Below, in pieces: positions 26,328 through 38,672 of a stretch of DNA of 64,000 bases. The DNA lies in contig NC_089432.1 of the NCBI RefSeq assembly GCF_026210795.1, positions 3,596,001 through 3,660,000 on the forward strand, read 5' to 3'. Source of the DNA: Rhizophagus irregularis. Taxonomy: Eukaryota. The notes beneath the pieces were generated by a model. The model was not told where the DNA came from. It did no database searches and saw nothing but the letters and a program-made list of their open reading frames with translations. The position numbers were made by a program, and so were the translations under genes. Every line of letters starts with the position of its first letter. Within the stretch, counting starts at the first letter, position 1.

Positions 26328-29300
26328 CTAAAATGTTTTCATATCATTTTCTTGAATATTCTCATTTAATTTCTGTACATCTTTTTGATTATCATCAATA
26401 ATATCTTTAGTATCTACACTAACACTCATTTTGTCAAAGGTAGCAAAGTCCATATTATTTCCTTCTTCACCATCTTTTAATTTTGATAATGTCAATGTAT
26501 CTGTTGATTCTTGTTCATGTGAATTATCAATAACGTTTGGTTGTGAAGTGACTGAATTTAAATCGTTTTCGTGTTCATCCTTAACATTGTTCACTGAACT
26601 ATTAATTTCTTGAACATTTGTGATAGGGGATTTTGGGTTCATGGATGAAACTTCTGTAGATACCTCACTCGTACTTGGGTTTGTAATCGTAGTAACAGCT
26701 GCTGTTACATCATCAGAAGTTTGTGTTGTATTTGATACTTTAAAGCCTGATTGAAAATCTGCTGACCAATCGGCAACGGTAAGAAGTGGCTTACGATTAT
26801 CTTGCGGCCAGCTAGGATTATCCTAATATAGAATAAATGTAAAAGTAAACAAATTAGCTAAAAAAAAAACAATTATTAATAGATAATATTAGTATACTTT
26901 AAATAGAATTTACCTCATCATCACTATCACCACCTAATTCTTCATCTAAACCTAAAGAGCGGCGATTATCAAAAGGATCATTCTATACCAAAAAATATCG
27001 GTAAATACATTTATAAAAATGTGAAAAAAAAAGGAAAAAAGAAAAAAAAACCCCATCAAATACCTCAAGCATACTAGTATTTGGGAAATTCCCTCTCATA
27101 TCAAATTCATCCTTGTCAAATTCATCACTAAAAATATATAGAATCGTTAATAAGTAAATATTCAAACAATCAAGTTAAAAAAAAAATAAAAAATATTAAA
27201 CCTACCCCATCCACCCATCATCATCATCATCGCTCTCATCAGATGAACCAAATTTATCTGGTAAGTCATTTGTAATTTGTTGACATAAATACCGCGCAAA
27301 CTTCAAAATTAAAAATATATGTTAATAAAATAACAAATTTTAAAAATAAGTAGAAAAAAAATTATAAAAATATACAAACTTGATCGCTCGCCATATCGCC
27401 ACCATCGACAGCTTCAATGGTATCATCTTCTTCTTCCTCATCTTCGCTTTCTTCACGACTAGGAGACATACTATCGTGGTTACTTGGACGCGCACCACCT
27501 AATGCCGCACGATCACGATCTCTTGTCTCGCGTAATGTTTTGGATACATATTCTTGCCAATCTTCAGCCTCAATATATTCTACAATTTGCATACAACAAG
27601 GAAATTTTCAAAAAGGGAAATGAGTGAGTAAAAATTTAAAAAGTCAAATTATTTCACTTTATCAAAGTAATGAAGCCAACCTCTCACTTTCTCTCCTATT
27701 TCAACTGCATATCGATCTAATAATTTAACTACTTCTTCCGAGACAAAAGTTAAATGTCCCATATAACCTAATCTAACACCCTTGGGTTCTTCACTAATGA
27801 TATAGAAAATAATAATTGATTAAATAAATTTGAAAAAAAAAGCTGACATGAACCGAAGAAATATGCGACATACACTTCGCTATCGTTTAGCCTTTGTGCG
27901 TTTGTAATACGTTTGGTAAGATGACCATCAGTAAAAACCTTTAAAGAGAGATTTACGTTTAGACTGTGAACAATTATTATATAATAATTAATAAATATTT
28001 ACTGAAATCGCTAGTGCTTTATTATATCCAATATCCATTCTTCCATTAAATATTTGTGCAATCATGTCATAAACCACGGTGTGTAGAAAATTATTCCATT
28101 TAAAATTAAAGAATAAGTCCTTAAATAAGAAATAAAAAAAAAATTTAATCATAAATTGAAAAAAAAAAAATATTTATTTTATGAATCAAAAATATATATT
28201 ACCAGACATGTTGGAATAATTTTGTGCTCAACAAATTTGGATTTTAATAAATCACCAACTGGTAGTTCAGATGATGCTGATCCATTGAAACTGTTAGTTT
28301 GTGTTTCATAATTTGTTGATTGTGGTGCTGGTGCTTCTTCAACAATTTCCATTAATATTGGTGAAGAAACAGGTTTTATGGTTTGTTCGGTAGTTAATTC
28401 TTCTTCTTGTTGCGAGTCTTTTTGCTTTGAATTTTCAATTCCTTGAATATCCATGGCGGTTGAAGATTCGTCAACTTTTTCTGCTTGATAATTTGCATCA
28501 GGACCATTTGAATTTGATGCTTGTTCATAATTATTGTAAGTATGTTTTAATTCAAAGAATCCATTGGTAGATGATGTATCATGTCGAATAGTATTAAGCA
28601 AGCTCATATTTGAACAATGTAACAATTCTGCAAAAAGTTCACAAATTCTGAATCTTTCAAATCCAAGGGGTACCATTTTACCTATTGTTGTATCGATTTG
28701 ACCCGACTATTGGATTTAAACATTTAAATATTATAATAATAATTAAAAGAGAATGACTTTTAAAATAACAATACCACTGATTTAGGTTTATCCAATAAAG
28801 CTTTAAACTCTCCGATTCGATTAGCTAAGACTCTTAACATATCACTTAAATCGACCACTGGATGATGATGCTGTTGTTGTTGTTGAGGTGCCAAAGATAA
28901 CATTGCCTCCTCATTATAGTCGCTATATTATCGGCGAATTAAATATATATAGTCAATAAGATTCTTGTTATATTTTTTAGATTATAAATGTAACAAAAAA
29001 CTGTAAAAGAAGAGGAAAAAAAAATAATTTTTCTTTTCCGCATATACCTATTATTTTTTTGAATTATCTGAATAAATATGTTTACTCCATTAGTTAATGT
29101 AGAAGTTGAATTTGGAGCTACCGGATGAAGCATATAATCGACAAGTCGGGTTACTATTTTTTCGCTTTAATTATAATTTTTATTAATAAAAATCGTCATA
29201 AATCTTTTTTAACGATAAAAAATTTATTTATGCACACCTGAAAAGCGCTCTACTCAAAGCATTAGGGCCGATACCACCTTGTTCAGGATTAGTTGATTGA

Positions 29301-30486
29301 GAAATAGCAATAATATCATTAAGGACCTGTGCAGCGGTTGAATGTACCTAATAATTTTATAAAATATTTTTTTTTTAAATCGTGATTACAACAATTTACA
29401 AGAAAATGAACAAAGATATATTTTTTGTTCAATTACGTCAGGATCAATATTCGGATCCAGCCGAGAAATTAATTCTTCAATAAGCCCTTCAGAATTCAAC
29501 CACTATATAATCCACGTTCAATAAAAATAAATAATCATTAAGATATGAAAATATTATATCAAAATAATCTCAATCCGATACAATTACCACTAACATCAAT
29601 AACCCCAGCACCTTCTGGATACTCCTCAACACTAATTAATTTAAGCAATAAATCCATAATAGCTGAAGTATCCATATGAGTTAACATTTTTTTAATAACA
29701 TTAGGGATTGATTGAATAAATTTGACCATCTTTTTTAAATTAAAAAAAATTAAATGAGTTAAAAAATGACTGAAAATCATTATAAAAAATGAATTGATCA
29801 ATTAATATACCTCACTCATCTTTTTTTGCATGAATACCACATTAACTTTTGTAAAGTAGCTTGCTTGTAAAGGATTTAATGGTGGGGGACGGTCCAATAA
29901 TTGCCAAAATGAATTAAGCAAATCTACATTGTCAATAACGGCCTCACAAATAGCCCAAATTTCACAAGATAGAACTTCGCACGCAACATAAGGATATCTT
30001 TTTTTTTATTTTAGAATTAATGAATTAATATATATATATATAATTCAAGAAAGGTTGGTTGTCTTGAACAGACAAATATAGATAAATTCATTACTTGAAT
30101 CTTTGTTTATCATCCAAATCGTCCCTAGTTATATAATTCAGCAATTGTGACAGTCTTAAAGGCTCACGAAGACTGTAAAATTAAAAGAATTGTTAAGGAT
30201 GATAACTAACTAATAATAAAATTATTTTTTTTTTATAAACAAAAAAAAAAAAAAAAAATTTTTTTTTAAAAGGACTAAAATGGTTAATTTTTTCTCTATA
30301 ATATAGAATTTAAAAATTTTAAAACTTTGCAACAACAATAAAAGGATACTATTCAATCAGTTTATTGTTATGTGCTTTGCATTCTTGAAGCAAATCATCT
30401 TCGTCTAATAATTCTTCTAAAGTTAGATCTTCTTTATCAAGAAGACCGTCAATTGCAGAATGGTTCAAACCGAATCTCCAAAACAT
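26328..30486 (-). CDS. SIT4/PP6 phosphatase-associated protein (SAPS family; Sap155/185/190, PPP6R-like), about 17 exons
   Basis: Start [46 protein letters not shown]. Internal [48 protein letters not shown] and RLGYMGHLT are diagnostic SAPS motifs. Acidic low-complexity C-terminus ends at the TAG at 26328. Confidence 0.9.
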
Positions 30487-31781
30487 TGTTTTTTTTTATA
30501 AGTTATACGCTTAAATATTGACGAGCGGTTTTATCGAGTGAATTAACAAGGCTTTTTTTTTCTTGAAAAAATCAATCGGTCTTTTTTACACTCCTTTTTT
30601 TTTCACTATTTACTAATTAATAAATTTTGTTTATTAGAAAAAAAAAAAAAAAAAGTACAAATTTAAGACTAAGGGTTTTAGGTTAGTTACACAACTATAA
30701 CCAAAATGAATACCTTAGTAAAAAATGATTGATATCCAAATATCTCACATTAGTATGTTTATTTTTTTTCGTATCATTGTATTTAGATTCAACCTTAGAA
30801 AAGAACCTTCATTTTCAATCACTGAATCACATCATTATTATAAAAATATTAAACAATACATGATTACATGATGAAAATGTATGGTAATACAATAAAATAG
30901 TATCAAGAAAAGATATAATGTATATTATATATATATATAATTTTTTTTTAAAAAAAAAACTGTGAAAAATGTAACTATGTTTCAGATTACCTTTGGATAA
31001 AACACGTTAATCACCTACACCTACTATTAATTTCTTTTTTTTTTTTTAAAAAAAAAAAAATTTACTTGCTAAAAAAAAATGAAAGTAAATATTTCTATAA
31101 AGTTATTTAAAAAAATGAGAAACATTAATTGGTTATTTTCCTTTTGATAAATAAAGATAGATAAGAAAGAATCATTTCATTGTTATCAAAGGAATAAAAA
31201 AACAAAAAAAAAAAGAGAACGCGAGAAAAAAGAAACGGCTCAGTTTTTTTTTTGAACATTCAATTCAGTAACACAAAACTGATTAACAAATTTGGTTAAC
31301 CTGCATAAACTGCATGAAGTTTAAATTTTTTTTAATTTCCGGCAGAATTAACGAATGATCGTAGTGGGAATCAAACAAGAAAAAACAAGGATAAAATTAT
31401 ATTCGAAGGTATATCATGCAAAGTACTTCCTCCCGATGTTCCCCGGGATGTACGAAGTATAAATATAAATCCAAATAAATTTATGTAAGTGCATGAATGA
31501 TTATATAACGTCAATTATACATCATTGGGAAAGTATAATACATCATACATCACTAAGACATCAGTATGACGACTGTATTACAAATTTCAAATTTCGAAAA
31601 ATCCTCCAACTAACAATTACCTACCATCAAATTATCAAATATCAAATAACTAACTTGTTTTCAAAATATAAATAAATAATCATCAACATTTTGAATTCTC
31701 AAAAAAAAACAATTTCCTTTTTTTTTCCAATAAAACAGATTTACAATCGACCTTTTTTTCTTTTGTAACAAATATAATACA

Positions 31782-32294
31782 ATGTCAAGTTTTAACAGAC
31801 GTAATCAAGAAAGAACTCACGAAGGTATAATTAAAAATAAAAATAAATTAAAAACTCATCCTTAAGAATGAATTTATAATTTTTTTTTTTTAATTGATTT
31901 TTTTTTCAATTTTTTTTTTTTTTTAGAGAACCAGGAGCGAGCATATATTGCTGCAAGTCATCGAGGGGTAGGAACCAAATAAAAAATAATTCAAATATAT
32001 ATATATATATATATTTTAATCGTTGAGAATTTATTTCTCAATATTTCCGAAAAAAAAAAAAAATGTAATTATGTCATTTTATTTATTATTATTCTTATTA
32101 AATAGGATCGAAGTATGGAGGCCCGTATAGAATCTGCTCGTAAAGCCTCAGATATCCATAAAAAACGTACGGGTAGAGCCCTTCGTATTACTGCAGAAGA
32201 CGTTAGAAACGAAGAGATGTATCAAGAAATTGATCCCGATGAAGAAGCTAAATTAGACAAATTTCATCGTGAAGTAATTGGGGAAAATCGCTAA
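31782..32294 (+). CDS. Small charged helical protein of unknown function (3 exons, 90 aa)
   Basis: Exons 31782-31824, 31927-31967, 32106-32294 with GT-AG introns give MSSFNRRNQERTHEENQERAYIAASHRGDRSMEARIESARKASDIHKKRTGRALRITAEDVRNEEMYQEIDPDEEAKLDKFHREVIGENR*. The exons are GC-richer than the flanks, and the core resembles a conserved uncharacterised fungal motif I recall. Confidence 0.85.
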
Positions 32295-35200
32295 AATCGC
32301 CAATTTGATAATAATAAAATAAAAAGAAAAAAAAGAGAGAGATGGCGAATTATTATTTGAAGGATGGGATATTCTTTAAAAATATAACAACTTTTTCTTT
32401 CTTTGAAATTTTGTTAATTTTGTTTTTTTTAGCAAATCTAAATTTTTTTTGGCAATGTAAAAAAATATTGTTAATTAATAATAACCCTGTCAAATAAATC
32501 CAGAAAATATTAATACACAGAATATATGAAAATAAATTGTAAATGTTACACGATTTTATTTATTTATTTATTTATTTAGAAATTATCACGTGGGTAAAAA
32601 TATAAAATATTTACATAAAAAGTAACTAATTAAAAATGCAACATGAAGTAAAGTAAATATGTAAATAGTTAATTTTAATACTTCTATTTTACCACAACAA
32701 GGCTTACTTTGGCAAATATAAACAAATTTGGTAAATGAAAATATGCTCGAAAAGTTAAAGGGCGTCAAATAATAATTATTTAATCTCATGATAAAAAATT
32801 AACTTCAACAGTTTCATTGTTATTCCGATTTTTTGTTAGTACAGTTTCTAGATTTATTATTACCCCACATTTAATATGCAAAAATGAATTAATTTTGTTT
32901 CTTGATCACAAGAAAATAATTTTAAAAAGAAAGTAAAAATAGTAAGAAAGAACGTGTCATTGTCTCCTGCATTATAAATTAAAAGAAAGAAAAATCATTG
33001 AAAACAATAAGAAAAGTATTTTGTCTATATTGACATCATTTTACATTTGACTTTTACTCTCCTTCATTCGACATCCCGTGGTGTGGCATGGATCATCTTT
33101 TTTGGTACTCATTATATTTCATAAATAATACCCCCAAAAAATGGCACGTTTTTTGATCATCTTTCTTTTTCTCCTCTTTTTACTCTCATTCTATATATTA
33201 AATAAGAAAGATTTTCTCTTACCCAATCAAATTTGACGTCAGTAATAAAAAAAAAAATTTTTTTTTCTTTTTTCTTTTTTCTTTTTTCCCTTCCAATAGG
33301 TTTTCTTATGCAACTGCAGAGTATTATCATGCATTATTTCATCTATTTAAACCGTTTTTCTTTCCTTTAGTTTTTAAAACGTAAGTCCGAATGTAAGAAC
33401 ATAAGCGAGGCGTTCTCCCCACAGAGAATATTGGCTTACCATTAAATAAAATGCATGTCATTCATTCAATTTCATTGCATTATACTTGTCTTTATTTATT
33501 TTTTTTTTTATGCATTTGAAAATTTTTAATAAATGGTTAAATTAATTCGAATGCAGTTATTAAACTTTATTTTTCAAATAATGGTGCAAGTTTATTTAAT
33601 TGGTTGTAAACAAGAGATTTAGTTCCTTTGTTTCTTTTTAATCGTTATTCAAAAATTTTTTTTTTTTTTTTTTTTTTTCCTGGTTTTTTTTTAAAATATT
33701 TCACCAAAACGGTCCGTTCGCATAATAACAAATCGGTGAGAAGAAAAAAAATTTATGAAATTGTGGGGGAGACCAAAAAGAAAAAGGAAATGAAATGTGT
33801 AATAATGTATTAACTCTGTATGCTAGCGGCAGCTTAACATATATGTAAATACTAAGCTTGTAAATATGGCTTATTATAACAACATTTATATGGCTTACTC
33901 ATACAATATGTAATTTAGTTTATTACAGTAATATGAGTTAATTGTCACTGCATGCACCCCTTGAAACTTTGACATGACATTTAAACACCGCATTCTTTAT
34001 TTAACTTGTTAACCCTATCTCTAAAAACACATTTTCCCCAAATAAAAGATCGTTTTGAGTAACGTTTCATTTATCCAAGCTGATCGAGTGGCTTAGCAGC
34101 CTGTTGACAGCTTAAACAACCCATTGTTGATTGAATATCGTGAAATTATCCGATTTTGGAAAATTTCCTTTTTCTCATTTTATTTTAAAAGTAATTTTGT
34201 TCAATGAAACATTCTTGATTGGGTAAACCTTAAAAAAAATCTTATAAATATATATATATATATACCATATTTATTATGTTATATATGTATACTATATATA
34301 TATATATATGTATTTATGTATATATAATTATATATTACATATTACATATATTACGTACATTTTATTATATTATTACATTATATATATATAATTTTTTTAA
34401 TATATGAATTACATGAATTACATGGGTTGATGTAAAAGATTTTGACAGGTTTTAAAACAAAAAAACAAAACAAAAACAAAATAAAAACAAAATAAAAATA
34501 AAATAAAAATAAAATAAAAATAAAATAATTAATTTTTTTTTTAAAAAATTTTTTAAAATAAAAAAAAATCAAAAATATTAATAATCATAAAATAATTAAT
34601 TTTTAATATTTAAATAAATTTTGTAATGTTTTTTTTTTAAATGACAAACAACATAAAGTTCAAGAAAAATTCCGCGTTTTAGGTGTACAACAAATAATTT
34701 TTGGCGGGAAAACGTGGTTATTTAATACAAATATCCTTTCTCTGAAAGGTTTAGTGTGAATATAAATCATTATTTATTATAACAACTCATTTCCATTTTA
34801 AACATCTTTCTATAAGGTATCACAAAATTTCTAGAACAATGACGAAATTTATTAAAGATTTAAAATCATGCAGGGGTTAATGAAAATGATGATAAGTTTG
34901 ACCAACTACTTACCAGAAAGTGTTAAGATTCATAATAAGATAAATCTGGTTGGTTATAATATAAATTGAAAAAGAATGAAATACACATGAGAACATGACA
35001 CAAAAAAATTACATTATTATTATTTATTATTATTATTTCTTTGTTTCAAAAATATTATATAATTAAACATCCGATAATCAAACTTATCGGAAATTGAATT
35101 TTATTTGAACCCTTTAAAGTTTATAATGATTGATATATCGGGGTGTGAATCATGCACCACGAGGGAAAACCAATATTAATTAACGCCTAATTTAATATTT

Positions 35201-37377
35201 TTTTTTTCGGATCTTCGGATATTTCAAATTCATTAACCTTAAGTGACATAATCAGTTATGTAATGTGATAGAACAATCTGACATTACTTTAAATAAATCC
35301 CGATCGTATCGAGTTATTAATTGTCCGCGCGTGTTTTTGTTAAAATAATATATACACGACATGTAGACAGGCGCGTGAGAGATATATAAAAATATACATA
35401 TATATAATTTGATTCATTTGTTTGTTCATTTTTGTATATGCGTGAATATGTTAACGTGTGCATGTATTTGCATTTTGTATAGTAGTTCAATGAAATCTGT
35501 CAAAAATGAATATTTATACAAATAGAAATGCAAAAAAATCGAACTAACGTAATCAATCCAAGGAAATTTGTTTGTAATATTATGTAATATGTTGTGAGAT
35601 TACTTTTTTAAAACCACTTGTAATTAATTTTGATATATTTAAATTATAATTGATAAAAAAAAAATTTTTTTCTTATGTAATTGTTTATTATTTTATTATA
35701 GTTATTTATTTATTATTAAAATGTTACATTTTTTTTTATTTTTTTTCTTACATATTCCAGGCATCCATTGATTTTCTTAAAAACCAAGTCACATGATTAT
35801 ATAATAATAATAATATTTATTAGGTTAGTCCCGAATGAATAAGTTGGTAACACCAAAAAAAAAAAAAGTGGCGTGAATATTACTTAAACCGATTAAGTAA
35901 TAAACGAATACGGTTTAACTAATAAAATCAAATATGTGTTGATATGTGTGTTATTGTTATGTTTTAATATATACATATAATTTTCTTTATAATATACATT
36001 TATATATTTATTATATTTATTCACCTACAGCCCTACCTTATAGGCTTTACAGGACCATTGAAGTAATATGAAATTAATTAATTCGCAAAGCGGGCTTAAA
36101 AAAAAAATTATTTCTTTTTTTTTTTTTAATAGGATAAATATCGGTAAAATCCGGGTGATTTAATGATGCAAAAAGGACGATTTCCCGGACCAGATAATTA
36201 ATGAAAATTTCAATAGTTTGGTTAGCTTATAAAAAAAATTTGTTACACTAGTGACATTATATATATTTTGAACCAATTATCAATTAAAAAGAAAATATCT
36301 TCATCCTCATCCTGAGATTGGTAAGCAAATGTAAGCAGTTTTTTTCGGGATGTCTAGTCGGTCTAGATCAGCAGCAGCTGTGTGATATATATATATACAA
36401 TAATATAATATAAATTCTATATTATTATTTAAATAATAATTGTTAACTTTCGATAATCCAACCTATTTATAGTAATATTTTTTTTTCTTTCTTTAAAATT
36501 ATTTATTTATATAAGCATGTAAAAAAAAAATAAAAAATAAAAAAAAAAAAATTTTTTTTTATATATATACTTACATATATGTACATACATATATATATAT
36601 ATATATATATCATACATTAAAATAAATAAATAAATAAAATATAATAAAAAGGTAATTTTACTTGTTCATATTTGCTTATATTATATTTCGGAAGAAATTT
36701 ATTTATATTTAATTTAAAAACCAAGAATTTTTATCGTTCCACGTTTCTTAAACCCAACCCTTTTCTGCAAGCCTACCTGTTTACGACTACTTATTTGCTC
36801 CACAAAAAAACTGTTTTTCCTATAAACAATAAAAAAATCAAAAAAAAAAATTTTTTTTTTTTTTTTTGATATATAATCCCTGGAATAATTTTTTTTATGA
36901 CTTTCTTCGTTGATTTTACTGTTCAGTTCTCTCTCGTTCATCGCTTCTTGTGTGTGCTAAACAGTAACGTTAACGACCTCAAAGTTCCTTTACTTTTAAC
37001 CATCATACATCTACATCTATATTTTTTAACTTTGTAACTTTGATTGTTCATCGTTGACGTTTTTGTTTCATTATTGTTTCTTTAAACGTTTGCATATATT
37101 TGTAGACAAGACGTTTGGTTTTAATTTTTTTTCCTCCCTTTTTAAAAAAAAAATTATCTCACTTTTAATACCTTTCCTTTTTTTTTAACGCCTCTAATAT
37201 TCTATCATCTTTCTACTCTTCCCTAAAATTTCTACAACCAATAATCGATACTGTTATCTTTCACACACAAGTATAAATCCGATTTTACGTTTGGTTTGTT
37301 TTTTTTTTATTAAAAAAATAAAAAAAAAAATTTTTCATTTAAATTACACGAACATTCAATTACCAAAAACTTTCTTC

Positions 37378-38672
37378 ATGGATATCAAAACACTTTTAAA
37401 TACCAATGATGAATTTCGTGGGCCTACTAGTCCAACTCCAAGCATTACGAGCGAATCAAATACTGATTCGGAACCGATCGTAGACAATGACCGTCCATAT
37501 GAATGTTCTTGGAATGCTTGTGGGAAAGCTTTTTCACGTAGATCAGATCTTGCCCGACATCGACGAATACATACCGGAGAACGTCCTTATCGATGTGAAT
37601 GGCAAGGTTGTGGTAAACAATTTATACAACGTTCTGCTTTAACAGTTCATTACCGAACTCACACTGGTGAACGACCTCACATCTGCGAATACCCCAACTG
37701 TAGCAAGTCATTTAGTGACGTAAGTTTTAAATAAAACCATATATATACATATTAAATATATTATATATAAACATATAAATATTATATAAATAATATATAA
37801 TATATAATATATAATATATAATATATATATATATATATGTATGTATGTATATGTATATACATTCATCATTCATTTATTTCACTACTTTTTTTCTTTTTTT
37901 TTCATTCATTGACCAATTTCAATTTATAAATTCATCATCAATCTTTAGTCTTCATCATTAGCTAGACATAGAAGAACTCATACCGGGAAAAGACCTTATG
38001 TTTGTTCACATTCAGGATGCGGAAAAACCTTTACAAGACGTACTACTCTTACTAGACACCAAAGATCTCATGATCCTCACTGGAAGGAGTATAATACGTA
38101 TGTAATATTTATTCTTGAATGAAAAATTTTATTTATTGTAACGAATGAATATGTTGTAACCTATTTTATTTTATTTTATTTTTCTCCCTTATTATTCTTT
38201 TGCCATTGTTTTTGGTGACACCGCATATTATCTTTGAAACTATTTTTTTTTATTCCAACTTTTTTGATTGGATCACCATTGTATTTACGTATTTAGAGCT
38301 TTTGAACCACGTAAACAACCGAATTCATCCGAAATTATTTCTAATGGTTGCAATTCCCAAATGAGTGTCTATGGACCACCAAGTCCTCCAACTCCTACTG
38401 ACTGTTTTAAGCCTCATACGGATTACCATACGGATTACCATTATCAACATCATAATACATCAGGATATGTACTTCCAGCTATTAGTTGTTTATATCAACC
38501 AATGGAATCTAGTTTAACGTCTAGTACCCGAATTACCGCTTTTAAACCAGTCATTAAAGAAAATAAAAATGATCCTTACAAAAAGTTCGGCTATCCTTCC
38601 CCTGTTGAAGCTCCATTGACATTACCTAACGAACGTGATTTATATTTTGCTTCCACCTTGAGAATGGCTTGA
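37378..38672 (+). CDS. Four-finger C2H2 (Kruppel-type) transcription factor (3 exons, ~288 aa)
   Basis: Exons 37378-37719, 37949-38097, 38297-38672 (867 nt). Four C-x4-C..H-x3-H fingers with TGERP/TGKRP linkers; recognition helices RRSDLAR, QRSALTV, DSSSLAR, RRTTLTR. N-terminal MDIKTLLN motif. Confidence 0.9.
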
